From Malacoraja senta (lineage: Eukaryota): a DNA stretch of 64,000 nt. Below the pieces are notes generated by a model. The model ran no database searches. It had not been told where the DNA came from and saw only the letters and a program-made list of their open reading frames with translations. Each line of letters opens with the position of its first letter. The first letter of the stretch is position 1. Shown here in pieces: positions 38,044 to 51,200 of this stretch. A program made the position numbers and the translations under genes. The stretch lies in contig CM075988.1 of assembly GCA_038087875.1 (NCBI GenBank), positions 11,534,001 through 11,598,000 on the forward strand, read 5' to 3'.

Positions 38044-38180
38044 AGTGTAGGAAGGAACTGCAGATGTGGATTAAATCGAAGGTAGACACAAAATGCTCAG
38101 TGGCACAGGCATCATCTCTGGAGAGAAGGAATGGGTGACGTTTCGGGTTGAGACCCTTCTGCAGACTTGATTATTATTAG
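38044..38180 (-). mobile_element. Penelope terminal fragment with hammerhead-like motif
   Basis: Reverse complement AGT-CTGCAGA-A-GGGT-CTCA-ACCC-GAAAC-GTC-ACCC; flanking TGCAGAAAT at 38035-38043 and 38181-38189. Confidence 0.75.
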
Positions 38181-38477
38181 TGCAGAAATGGTCTCAGGAA
38201 GGCAAAACATGGCAGCAACTCCTTCTAGTCTTCTTTTGCTATACTTTACACTGATGGCAGAAAACTACTTTTTGTTGAAACTGTGTTGCAGAATTCATCG
38301 TGGTATTTCTGCATAGTACTCATTGTAGGATTATAAAAAAAACAAGGAAAACTTTCAAGATATCAGACGAACAAAAAAAAGCCCTATTTGTTACTCCGAA
38401 TGACATGGTCTGTAGAAATAATCAAAATTTCCAACCTGTGTTTTAATGGTGTGCTCCATGTCAATGAATTCACTGTT

Positions 38478-38601
38478 TTATAAGATAGACACAAAAAACT
38501 GGAGTAACTCAGTGGCAACAAGCAGCATCTCTGGAGAGAAGGATATTTTTTGTGTGTCTATCTTCGCTTTAAACCAGCATCTGCAGTTCCTTCCTACACA
38601 T
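38478..38601. mobile_element. Short fold-back Penelope element with a 9-bp flanking direct repeat
   Basis: AAGATAGACACA / TGTGTCTATCTT inversion; TTCACTGTT at 38469-38477 and 38602-38610. Confidence 0.7.
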
Positions 38602-40187
38602 TTCACTGTTCTGTAACATCTTCTTTAAAAGAAACATTATCCTGCTTTTGAATGAATTGTTCCTGAAAGAAGTGCTCTAAAATAATTAAGTATAAAGATC
38701 ATAAATAATGAAATTCCTGTGTAAATGTAAACAGTGTTAGCTTGCATTGCATTTTTTTTGGCACACTTATAAACCACAGATGCAGGAACATGATCCCTCA
38801 TTGTTAAGCATGAACACTCAACATTTCCTACCACAAACTGGTTTTGGCATGATATAAATGCTAGTTTCTACACGGCATCCTTGTGCTTAATTTTAATGGT
38901 ATATTTAAGAGGGCATGTTCATGATTAACATTGATGATTAAGCTTGCGCAGAATCATATATATTGAAGAATCCATTTTGCAATCCAGTGTGTGCATGAGC
39001 ACTCTACAATGCTTGGACCAAACTGTTGATATTTTTAAACTAATGGGTCCTGAATGAATGATTTCCTATATTTGCACACCATTCAAACAGTTGATAACTT
39101 CATCATAGTTAAATCCCTATCAACATTTCTCTATTGCCTTGGACTTAGATGTGACTAGATTCAAATTGGAACAGCCAATTCAATTATTCTCAAAGATTTT
39201 GCCCACCCTTTGCGTTTTGGAATTATACCACACTATTATTTGAAGTGGGTCTCAGCTTTTGAAACAGCCAACACATTCATGTAAGTTTGGCTGAATAGAA
39301 TTTTTGACTGAAGCTCATACTGCATTGGCAGAAGCATTAAAACATCATTCATTCAAGCAAGAATACATTTTGATATTAAATGTTTGCCAAATGTTTGCCA
39401 AAAGTACTTTATAGACAAAGATCCTGATCTTTAGAATATTGCAAATGAATGTAACATATTTTATTGGTGTACCGAAAAGAAGGGCATTATAATCCAATAA
39501 TCTTACAAGATGTCATCTCAAAATATAGCTGAGAGATACTCAGGCATACCACTTATACGAATGACAAGGTGCCACAATGAAATGAGTTGACAAAACATAC
39601 CTAAATGAAGAGGGAAATTACTTAAAATTCAAAGTAAAAGGAAACATAAATGCGCATTGATGTCTTGGTATTCTTGCACGATGAGTATGTTCATCCTTTC
39701 TGTTCTGAGTTTTATGAGTGTATTTTTTTGCAAGTATGTAGAGAAAAGATGTTAGTCTTGCAGTATCTGCCTGATTTGTGCGAACTAGCATGGAAGATGA
39801 GAAGTGAGTTTTCTGCCTTGCATTTCAGAGCGTTGTTGTTAATTAAGTGAAATCAACAGGAATCAACAGTGGAATCAACAGGAATCAAGGACAGAATCTG
39901 GAATGGAATAATTATTTGTTCTTTTGCAATACAAAAACGTAAATGAGTCCTGGAGGAAGGCAGTGGTGTGGGGGTGGTGAAGGAGAGGTCATACCATTAG
40001 AAAAGTCTGAATGAAGCTTAAGAGTTTTTGACTTGATAGCTTTGATAGCTTTGTAGTTTTAATGATCTGTATAACAAAACCAAATTGAAGCTTGCTAATT
40101 TGCTTGCCACATGAAAATAATTTTGTTAATCCCAACAAGAGGAAGATGATAGCCATTAGGTCCAACCAACCAGCTATGTCCAGCATG

Positions 40188-40672
40188 GCACACAATGCTG
40201 GAGTAACTCAGTGGGACAGGAAGCATCCCTGGAGAACATGGTGATGTTCTGGTGATGTTTTGGGTTAGGACTTTTCTTCAGACATAGAAACATAGAAAAA
40301 TAGGTGCAGGAGTAGACCATTCGGCCCTTCGATCCAGCACCACCATTCTATATGATCATAGCTGATCATCTAACATCAGTACCCCGTTCCTGCTTTTTCC
40401 CCATATCCCTTGAGTCCTTTATCCCTAAGAGCTAAATCTAACTCTCTCGAACACTTCTTGCAGGGGAGCAGGAAAGAAAGCTGGAAAAGAGAAGGGGCAG
40501 GACAGAGCTTGGCTGGTAATAGTTCAACACAGACGGGGGGGGGGGGGGGTGGGTTGCTATGCAGATTTTTGAAAGTCGCCTATCCATGTTCAGGGATGCT
40601 GCCTGACCTGTTGAGTTACTCCAACTCTCTGTAGCAATCTTTGTTATAAACCAGCAACTGCAGTTCCTTGTT
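40188..40672. mobile_element. Fold-back Penelope element with a nested CR1 tail (40282-40448, minus)
   Basis: TGCTGGAGTAACTCAGTGGGACAGG...CATCCCTGGAGAACATGG inverted versus CCATGTTCAGGGATGCTGCCTGACCTGTTGAGTTACTCC; (CATAGAAA)2 CR1 tail inside. Confidence 0.7.
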
Positions 40673-41229
40673 ATTAAAATATATCCAGCATGTGTTGGGC
40701 CAATTATTTCAGTGTGTCCATTGCAGCCAAAAAAGCAAAACAAAACCCTCTTATTCTGATACAGATCCAGGGAAAAGTATAGTAAACACACATGCAGAGG
40801 TTATTTAAAACTCCCCTGAAAACTCTTCTGATCTTGCTTGTTTTATCAGTATTGTACGAATAGAAACACAGATGAATGTTAAGGAGTGATTGCAGGAAGA
40901 AGCAACAAGATTGAACCCAACATAAAAGCCATGAGGAAAGATGAGAGAATCGTTACAGTCAAGAAAGGAGGGTTCTCTTAAATGGTTCATAAATATTGAA
41001 TGATACAGAGGATAAATGGGGGCATTACATATTCCAGAAAACATTTGAATTAGTGTAATGTTAACTTATTTTGAAAAGAGGAATCGTGAATGTTTAGAAT
41101 AATCTGGCAAGATGTTAGAAACAAAAGCAGAATGTTACAAAAATGCAGTTGGAAATATGAGTGCAGCTTCAGTATTCAGAAGGAAAGAACTGAGTTGTGC
41201 GATGTTAGCCTTCACCTTGCTTTGGTCGA

Positions 41230-41505
41230 TTCTGTCAAGATTTGGAGGCAGGGATTAAACAAGGATAGTCATCGTGGGAAGCTGCTCTTTCAAAAATAAA
41301 TACGGTATTCATTGAAGAAGTTAACGAGGAGTGTGCTGTCGGTGTGGTCCACAAGGACTTCAGTAAGGCCTTTGACAAGTTCCCACACCGGACACTAGTA
41401 AGACTCCTTGGATCCAGGTGAATTTGCTAAATCGGATTTAAAATTGGCTTGGTGATAGGAGGCAATTGGTGATGTCCAAGGGATGTCATTTTTTATGATT
41501 GGAAG
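41230..41505 (+). mobile_element. Degenerate CR1 RT internal fragment
   Basis: Manual translation AVGVVHKDFSKAFDKFPH..NWLGDRRQLV (RT DFSKAFD motif). Confidence 0.8.
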
Positions 41506-41800
41506 TGGTAGAGCTACTGCCTCACAGAGTCAGAGACCTAGGTTTGATCCTGCCATTTGGTGGTCTCTGTGTGGAGTTTGCACGTTCTCCCTGTGACAGC
41601 ATGGGTGTCCTCTGGGTGCTCCAGTTTCCTCGCACATCCCAAAGACACGCTGGTTCGTTGGCTAATTGGCCTCTGTAAATTGCCCCAAGTGTGTAGGGAG
41701 TGGATGAGAAACATAAAACTAGTGTGAACGGCTAATCGATGATCGGCCTGGACTCTGTGAGCCGAAGGGACTGTTTCCATGCTGTGTCTTTCAATCAATA
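41506..41800 (+). mobile_element. V-SINE
   Basis: GGTTTGATCC B box, V domain, CR1-like tail. Confidence 0.85.
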
Positions 41801-43729
41801 AATTTGTTACATACATTATTGACTTAGTCCTGAGTTTAGACATTGAGTTTTATTTTAACAGTGCAAAGGAAATAGGAAGCATTAGTGAATATGACTGGTG
41901 CCACAGTTAGATAAAATGAAAGTAGAACCGAGGAAATGTCTGTCAGCAGAATTCTTCTACAATAATGTGTGCTGTTTGACGGTCACTATTGTGAGCAGAA
42001 ATGCTCTACATTGAAACGATACAAAGTGAAAAGGTTTTATTTCAATGATAGTGAAGTGCATTTTGTTTGTCCCTCTCTTGGAATTTGCATAAGTCAGAAG
42101 ATGATGACAAACATCCCGGTAATTCACAGCAAGCAAATAGATTTACCCACTGATCAATCTTCACCAGACATCTGAGGGACAGAAGCAGATTTATTGCATG
42201 TGTGGTTTAATTATTGTAAGGTAAAAAGTCAGCGCTAAATTTATCAGAAATTGTGGGTTTGGAGAATATCAAGAAAAGTGGAAGTAATCAAATGATAGCT
42301 TTTTGCAAGCTGGATAGAATCTGTTTCTTCTCATTACCCTCTGCATTTTTAATGTAATTTCCAATCATCCTCTCATTAAGTATCAAGCTTTTAAAACACC
42401 TAACCTTAACAACAGTTATTCCAAGTCTTTTTACCAGGAATATATTGCATAATGTGGCCACATAATGGGATGCATTCTCGGATCAGAACATAGAAATATT
42501 GGTTGACCATTAATTTTTCTACTTCTGGCTCAATGTTCACTGTCCATAGAATCATAAAACTCAGCAGTATGGAAGGCAGGACATTTTAACTGTATTTATG
42601 CCAATTCTTTGTAACATCATCTGAAGTGAATCCCACTGGGAGACTTGAATATTTAGCAAATGGGATGCATTAGATAAAGCAACAGAAATTGGTATGAATG
42701 ATTGAATTGTCATTCAATATTTGTACGATATTTTGTGATATTTTACAAGAGGCAACACTAGACATGGAAAACACTGCAATGATGGATGCACGTAATATAT
42801 CTTTCATTTAAAATGCGATCTGTATATTTTTGGTTTAGGACGCAAGTTGAAATTCACTGACTCAGGATAATGTTTGCTTTTGTATCTTTCTTAAAGTTAA
42901 ATTTACCATTAAGCTGAAACAAACTGCAGTGGTTTGGGTAACATATCTTGGAAGTTCGCGACAATTCTAATATGGCACATTGATATAAAATAGAGCTTGG
43001 AAACTGAAATGTTTCTCACTATGTATGTCGTTGGAATTTGGTTTATATAGAGCAGATGAAACACAATTCTGGATGCAAGATAGAACAAATTTCAGACTCC
43101 ACGATCCTTCACATCGTTCCTTGCTGCAAATGCAGATTTATTAATAGAATCCGCATAGTTTAAACACGGCCAACAGTACCAGATGTGTCCAAGGTTACTC
43201 CAATTGCCATTTAGCCCAAACCATTACTCTGTGACATTATTGCAGTGTCTGGCGGTTCCAACTGGATGGCATTGCTTGAGCGGCAAGGCAACCAGAAGAG
43301 AAACTCACACTTTATTAAATCATTTTATGTCCGGGTTAATTGAATGAAATTTGGCCCTCAACAGGTGGCCTTTGAATTGAGCAGCACATAGTTTATTCAG
43401 AGAGCAATGTGGAAAGGAGACTAGGGGTAAATAGATATCAAATAAGCTTCAGTGTAAAATCAACAAATGCACAGAGGAAAGTTAATACAGCAATTGCCTT
43501 AAGACAACATGACTCAATCATTCTTTGATGCATTGAGGCACCCCATTCATTGCGGGAATTCGGGTGAGAGAAATTTGCCCTTACAGAATTTACAAATCAC
43601 TATCCATAAATTTGAGATAGTGAATAATATTCACTTTTGGAATAATATTCACTATCAAATAATTTATATGATAGAAGTAAATACATTAAACACAAATGTA
43701 ATTTGTTGGAACTTGTGCTTCAATGGTAC

Positions 43730-44213
43730 AATGGTCCTTTATTACCATGTACCTACACACAATGAAATTCTGTTTTGCATACAATTTCGTAAAACATGCT
43801 ATACATAAGCACAATTATGTCCAAGTACAAAAGTGCAACAATGGTAATGTAAGAATAGTAGACTTCACTGAGGCAGCACACAAATATTTGTCATGTGTCT
43901 GGCTCCATCGTGTGCCCTTAAAAGGGCATTGTTCTGGTGGTGACACTGGGTCAGCATTACCGGGGTCGCCCTGGCATGCCAATGCTGTCGATGTCCTTCA
44001 CCGCTGCTCCACCGCTCGGTGCTGCTGCAGGCCACGTCCAATCAACGCGCTTGACCTCTGTGGGACTTCCAGCGGTACCCGATCCATGTGATCTCCCTGA
44101 ATGCTCCAGTGGCCCACTCCGTCGACACCTTAACCCATGAACATGCCAAATCCTTGCCTCTCACCGTCTCCGCTCAGCCTCCTTGTGCTTTGAACCCCCA
44201 GAGCGCCATTCTA
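43730..44213 (-). mobile_element. Non-autonomous element with a Rex1-like tail and GC-rich 5' part (tentative)
   Basis: Reverse AATAAA-bearing tail (CTTTATTACCATGTAC...GAAATTCTGTTTTGC), GC-rich 43935-44213, reverse 5' end AGAATGGCGC. Confidence 0.4.
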
Positions 44214-45827
44214 GATGCATGGAGAGATGACGTGGCTTTGCATTATAGAAATCAGAATAAGATCATGTTCAAGCTACACTAACTCCCAGAATAATGTGGG
44301 GGATCACCAGATCTGCTGTTGCCACGATAAAATAAAATGTCCACATCAGTTTATTTTTTGTTTTACGATCTGGCATGCATATCTGTTAAACAAAAACATT
44401 ACTTTCAATAAAGCATCTTGAATCAAGGGATCTTATTTCATAACAAAGTAACTTATTTTATATGGAAGAGGTCATACTTGATGCAGCATTTGATAGCGGC
44501 TGCCTTTTTTTTACAGTTTAATGCCTTGTGCTTTTTATTTTAATAACATCGCTGGTCAGATATTGATTCAGTTCCAGTGACATCCTTTTTCCATATGAAC
44601 CATGCCAGAAACCACCTGGTCCACCCTGACTGAAATAATGATATTTCCCAAAGCTGATGAACGAAGTAGCTGAACTACAAACTCAGAGATAGAAGCTTGT
44701 CCAATTTCAGATTTCACTTTTTTTTTCCCTCCACTGTGACTTATTTAAAATTATTCTTTAAAAGAAAATTTCCATCCTGAATGTTGTTATCCGCAATGCT
44801 ACCGCACTTCTTTGATGATTGAAATCTGATCTGACACATTCTTCATTATTAATATTTATATCACCAGAAAAATGATTTTGATTATGCATGGTCTTGTTCT
44901 TGCCCAGACTGCGATGGCTGGCTGATGAAGGTAATTCACTGTTCCACCTTCCGGACACATAAGTTCCCAAACATCCCGAGATGAAGTTCTTCCTTAAAGT
45001 GTGAAAAGATGTATAAATAATCAGAATGTAAAAACATCATAAGTCCAAAAAAGTTGTAATTAACCAATTTAGAGAGTGATCCTAGAGTGGTTACGAATTT
45101 AAATATATTGAAATGTAAGTAATGGGAACACAAGATTAGTAAAGGTGTCAGGGGTTATGGGGACAAGGCGGGAGAATGGGGTTGAGAGGGAAAGTTAGAT
45201 CAGCCTTGATTGAATGGTGGAGTAGACTTGATGGGCCGAATGGCTAAATTTTGCTCCGAGAACTTATGAAGAGACCGCAGATGCTCGAGTCTTGAGCAAT
45301 AAACAGATTGCTGGAGAAACTCAGCAGGTCAGGCTGAAGAATGGTCCCAACACAAAACTTCATCTGTTCGTTTCCTTGCACAGATTCTGCCTGATGTCGG
45401 ATAATTTTGCACTAATGACATATTTGTGTACGAATGTCTTGCTTTTTGCACAAATATCTTTTTTTGTTTTGTACAGCTTTTTTGGTCATTTTTACTGTCT
45501 AACAGAATGTTATGTGTAATTTATGTATAATTTATGTGTAGTTAATGTTTTTGTGTGTTCGGCTGAGTGTGTGTGCCTGTGATTTTCATTGTACCTGTAC
45601 TTTGCTGTACTTGTGTATATGACAATAACTACAATGGGACATGACTTGACCCGCTGAGTTCCCCAAGCAGTTTGTTTATTGCAGTGGCCGCATTAAAGTT
45701 GGTCAAACTGATCAAATAATCCTGAAGAACAACAGGGATCTGGATTTGCAAGCGAGCCATCAGTTGTCCCAGAATAACTAGATCTCACGAGAGAATTTTT
45801 GGATTCTCACTAACAGAAATCCGCCTC

Positions 45828-45975
45828 TGAAAATCCTGCATTAAGCAACGTTGATGAATGATATCTATTAAAACCACTGCCATCAATAAAATCTCCACAT
45901 AAGATTCATCTAATTTCCACTTAGTTCCAGGAGAGCCAGACAAATTTGATGCAAAAATGTTGGAAAAGTAGGTAA
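45828..45975 (+). repeat. ~148-bp segment with a diverged second copy at 48683-48832
   Basis: Shared TGAAAATCCTGCATTAAGCAAC, CCATCAATAAA.TCTCC.CATAAGATT.ATCTAATTTCCACTTA, CCAGACAAATT, AGTAGG. Confidence 0.9.
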
Positions 45976-46567
45976 TTTTACCAAGCACATTTATTAATGA
46001 TCATCAATTTCAATGAGTTGTCATCATCTTCCTATTTTGAATTTAATAAGATTTACAGTGCACAGATTACAATGCAGAAATCAATAGTAATCTAGAATGA
46101 GACAGTAATAATGATGAGTAAAATTCATGTTCCCATACTGTTTGAAATCCAATGCAATTTGTTCTGCTCAATGTCTTTAAATGAACATACCAAACTCAAT
46201 TTTAAATTTAAATAAGTGTTTAACAAGGACGATAATATCAAGGTGGACAACTGGGATAGACAAATGGAAGGAAGTTAAACTGCATGCATGAGTTAAGGAT
46301 AAGACAGGGAGTTAAATAAAGACAATAATGTAGAAATCCTGTATCACAGCATACTAGACATGTGTTTTGCAATAAAAGTTTCAAAGGTCAGGAATTTACA
46401 GAGTATCCCTCTGACATCCATAGTTTTCCTATTGAAATACCCAAATACACAGAAGCTCCAGGATGTACGTAATCTTGAAGCAAAGTTCTGGATGGAAACT
46501 ATGATGGGTCCTGACCTCAAAGACCTGACTTTAGATTGCATTGCCAATGACAGGGATGATTGGCAAC

Positions 46568-46740
46568 AGTGTGTAGATAGGATCTGCAGATGGAGGTTTA
46601 CACTGAAGATAGACACAAAGTGCTGGAGTAACTCAGTGGATCAGGCAGCATCTCTGGAGAAAAAGGATGGGTGATGTTTCGAGTCAGGACCCTTCCTCGG
46701 ACTTCAAAGTGCTGAGTTACTCCAGAACTTTATGTCTATG
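46568..46740. mobile_element. Penelope terminal fragment with a short inversion
   Basis: ATAGACACAAAGTGCTGGAGTAACTCAG inverted versus CTGAGTTACTCCAGAACTTTATGTCTAT; decayed motif GTTTCGAGTCAGGACCCTTCCTCGG. Confidence 0.7.
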
Positions 46741-47807
46741 GTTGGTAACAGGCAAGATCACTGGAGGAGTTGCTGCAGTGGGATCACTATTATGACTGCA
46801 CCATCTGTCTAAATGCCCTCATATAAAAGCTGCTTTCTTGTTAACAGGCAGCAGATTCTGGCCTCCTCTATATTCCTTAACACCCTGGCTGTCCTGCCAG
46901 TGCACCTTTGTTGTTAACCGCTTGTTCTCCTGGCTGCTCAATCTTTTCTCATTCTTCTCAACCACCTGCAAGGCACAAGGATAAGACTGCTGGAATTAAG
47001 GGGAAAAAGGAAGCTCACACCATTACTGCACAGACACAGTACAAACCTCCTTTTCCTCCTCTTCTGAATTTAGAAAAGATTGGACAGGGGATGTGTAAAG
47101 GAAATTAAGTTCATGGATGCGATCACATTTATTGTTTCATCTCCTTTATTCATATGATCCAGAAATGTCCAAAATAATGCAAATGTAAAGGAAGCAAACC
47201 TCACATGCAATGGAAACTTTCAATGGCAACTTGTAAATACCATTAAGCATTAATTTATATCTGAATGGATTAGATCTATTTACTTATGACATGTCTTTGT
47301 AAATATCACAACTTCAAACCATGGTTTGCATTTGAATTGTGCTCATCCTCGAATAATGCCATGGAATGTTTCTGAAAGGGCAAGCAAATACTGGAAGAAT
47401 CTTCCTGGCTGCACGATTACTTCATTTCTGGTGAGCACCAAATCCTCCGAGCCCCTGAAACACTGTCACCATAGTCAACCTCCACATTTAGCTGCTGCTG
47501 CCTGTAAAATGTAACAGCATGAAGTTTGTACCAATGCGTGAGTGAGACAAATCTCTGAATGTTGTGTATGAATCCCGATTAATAGAGATTGTAAGAAGGT
47601 AGGTCAATGGGAGTGGGATTGGGCAGAACGCACCAAGCGGTGTCTAAGGCATGTGTTGCAGATGGTGGGATTACGATATTTTATGATTAATTCATTCACT
47701 CAGTCAATCCATAGATGAAGGAACGTTGATAGCTTTGAACTGTTAAATTATCAAAGCAAACAGAATCATGCAAAATGGAAGAGGAACTATAAAAATATTT
47801 TAAAACA

Positions 47808-48115
47808 GGGTGGCACAGTGGCGCAGCAGTCGATTTGCTACCTTAAGGTGCCTGAGACCCGGGTTCGACTGCGACTATGGGTAATGACTGTACAGAGTTT
47901 GGCCATTCTCCTTGTGGCCGTGTGGGTTTTCTCCGGGTGCTCTGGTCTCCTCCCACACTCCAAAGAGTACAGGTTTGTCAGTTAATTGGCTTCAGGAAAA
48001 TTGCAAATTGTCCCTGGTATGTAGGATAGTGCAAGTGTGCAGGTTGGTGCGGAAATGGTGAACCGAAGGGCCAGTTACTGCCCTCTATCTCTAAAGTCTA
48101 AAAGTCTGAAAGTCT
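47808..48115 (+). mobile_element. V-SINE
   Basis: TGGCGCAGCAG A box, GGTTCGACT B box, V domain. Confidence 0.85.
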
Positions 48116-48469
48116 ACAAGAAATAAAATTGAACTGAAACACACAAGAAGACAACTGAGCAACAATAACTAAAATTATATAATGTTTCTTACCCTTAATC
48201 CTTGGATCTGTTCTCCTTGACTGAAGTGAAAGATGATGAATTCTCTGTGCTAGATCTAACTACCCAGACCTTCCCTGGACTCCTTAGGGAGCAGAATTAA
48301 AGATATACTTGTGAACAGTTGATGCCAAAGGGCAGGAATTTCGTGTTTGTGCATGAATGTGAGGATATTTAGCACTTGCAGGGAAATGAAGATTACACAG
48401 GAATCCTTGCAAAATCTGCACCACTGGGTTTGTCTGAAATAATGGCAATTATGCAGTCTGCTTTAAATT

Positions 48470-48921
48470 TTAGTTTTGTTTTAGTTTAAGAAAATACATT
48501 ATAAAACAGGCCCATCAGCATACTGAATTCATGCTGACCAGTGATCAATTGTTCATGTAGTTTTTCCACTTTCATATCCACTCCCCACACACTCGGGGCA
48601 TTTTTTTTTACACAGGCCAATGAACCTACATATCTGCACATCTTTGGGATGTAGGAGGAAATCAGACCACCCAGAGAGTGCTTGAAAATCCTGCATTAAG
48701 CAACAGTGTAAACTGATATTTATTAAAGCCATTACCATCAATAAAGTCTCCTCATAAGATTAATCTAATTTCCACTTAATTTCAAGAGACCCAGACAAAT
48801 TCAAAATGCAAAGATACTGGAGGAGTAGGCAAACTCCACACAGACAGCAGGTAGAATCAGGATCAAAGCTGAATCTCTGGCATGAGTAAGCATCTCTACC
48901 AGCTGTGCCACTGTGCTGCCA
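48470..48921 (-). mobile_element. V-SINE carrying a foreign ~150-bp insert (48683-48832)
   Basis: Reverse V domain breaks after CACCCAGAGAG and resumes at GCAAACTCCACACAGACAGC. Confidence 0.8.
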
Positions 48922-50435
48922 TCATTTGCAGTTCTCATGAAAGGTCATCAGGCTGAAGCTTTAACTTTTGTATTCCCTCTGCACAGATGCTGCCTGATCT
49001 GATGTGCATCTTGAGTATTTTCTGTTTGTTGTGACCATTTACTTTCATTTCATTTTTCCTGAATTTGCAAAGTTTTTGTTTTGATTGATCAGCACTTCAT
49101 ATGGTGAGGTTGACCTTGATCTTAAGCATTCTGGAGTTGACCTTTCTCCTTGAAACATTGCCAAATAAAGTGATTTATTTAAAAGCTATTTTTGGACTTC
49201 AGGGAAATCATTGCTTTCATATCCATAAAGACTTGACTTTGGTCTTCACCTTGGTGATTCCCAGATTAATTAGCAAGAAGTTACAGCCTTAACCAAAAAT
49301 CAGTGCAGAATGTGTGCAAGCACTAGTAATTTCTGCTGCACGGCTATCATTGTAGGTGCAGGATTGTCATGCAATGTATGACTTTGGTACACCATTTAAA
49401 GTTCGGAGCATAAGTCTATCTCATGGCTGTTTTCATTTGCTTTTGTTCATTACTTTAGTTGCATTAAAGTAGAAAGGATTACACCTGATACTGAGAGTTT
49501 GGCTTAAGAAGTCAAATAAGATTTATCCAATATTATCTACATCAGCTACTTCACTCTGACTGTGTCTGTCATCACTTGGGAGTTGATTCTCTCACCTAAA
49601 GTATTGCGTGATAGGCATGATAGCCCATTACTACCAGTGGCTGGTAAGCCAGTGACCTTATTTTCACTCTCACTCATATCCGCTTTGGATCATGTTGATC
49701 CAGACTAAATATGATTCCTGTTGGAGTCACAATAGTGTGATCACGGACAGTGGCATCTGCGCGGGTGTAATGAAGGGATTGAGAGCAGTCAAGGTTTGAA
49801 ATTCAAACTCGTATCCTTCCAGAGATGATCCTTAATCATTGCTGACGGAGGAGATGGAAAGAGCAAACATGTCCATGTAGACATTAAAAATTTATACTGA
49901 CTAGAAATTCCTCACTGTAAGGAAATCTGTCCTTTCTGTACCACGTTGCCTTTTGATATTTCTTCCTCTTTCTTAAATATTCTTGCATCAAAGTTTTCAT
50001 CCGATTATTTTCTGTAAAAAGGTTTTCCTGGGCTCCTTCACAAATCAGAGTGAGGCACAAGTAGACTGAGAGGGCTCCGAACTATTAATCAACACCAGTG
50101 ATGAATGTGGCTCTGAGAGATCTTGCACAACAAACAATGCAGCAGGGTTTGAGAAACGCTTTTTCATTCAAGCTTTGTCAGCTTCAGCTACAAAAGTAAT
50201 TACTTTGTTCTCCTTCTGCTTAATCTCCTTTATGAGAATTTCTTTGATAATCGGTTCAGATTGTTCTGAGAAAGCTCTGTTGTGATCTGAGTTGTTTGCA
50301 GCTTCCATGCTGTCTTGAGACAATGCCAGCAGACGCTGTGTGCAGATACCAAGAATGGGGCATCGTTAGAAAGACCCATATATATTACCCATTCAGAACA
50401 GTTCTGGTGTAGGAAGGAACTGCAAATACTGGTTT

Positions 50436-51200
50436 CATAATCATAATCATTATAATCATAATCATACTTTATTGTATGTTTTGCAACATACGAGGAATTT
50501 GATTTGCCATACAGTCATACCAATAAAAAGCAACAAAACACACAAAATACATTTAACATAAACACCCACCACAGTGACTCCTCCACATTCCGCACTGTGA
50601 TGGAAAGTGAAAAAAACGTTCAATCCCTCTCCTTCTTTGTTCTCCCGCGGACGGGGCACTCGAACCTTCCATTGTCGGGGCGATCTTGGCTCCTGCAGCC
50701 AGCGGTTGAGCCCTCTGGATCGGGGCGATCAATCAACCTCATCGGGGGGGATCTCAGCTCCCCCGTGCCGGGCGATTGGACCCTGGGTCGGGGTTGGTTG
50801 AACCTTTTGTGACTTTGGAACTTCCCGACATCAGTCTCTACCCAAGACTGCGAGCTCCTCGATGGTGAAATCCGCAGGCCGCGATTGGAGCATCGATCTC
50901 AGGCAAGGGATCGCAAGCTCCGATGGTAAGTCCACGGCTTCGCGGTCGGGCTCAAAGTCAGTCCCGAGCAAGGCCTCCAGCTCCATGATGTCAGGCCACA
51001 GAGCAACGGGAGATACAATCTGGAAAACAATGCATCTCCGGCAAGGTAAGAGATTGAAAAAAAGTTCCCCCCCCCCCCCACCCCCCAAATGAAACAAACC
51101 AGAGAACATTAACATACTTTTAAAACACACTAAAAATAACAAAAAAGACGAAAAGACAGACAGACTGTTGGCGAGGCTGCCATCGCTGATGACGCCACCC
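50436..51200 (-). mobile_element. ~765-bp non-autonomous retroelement with a Rex1-like tail, nested in a Penelope terminal repeat
   Basis: (CATAAT)n tail and reverse AATAAA at 50436-50475; CpG-rich body; host reads GTGTAGGAAGGAACTGCAAATACTGGTTT | AAAGATGGACACAAAATGCTGG. Confidence 0.65.

Noticed and set aside
46500..46575. DLKDLTLDCIANDRDDWQQCV resembling an RTE C-terminus
   Set aside because: Too short and degenerate to support.
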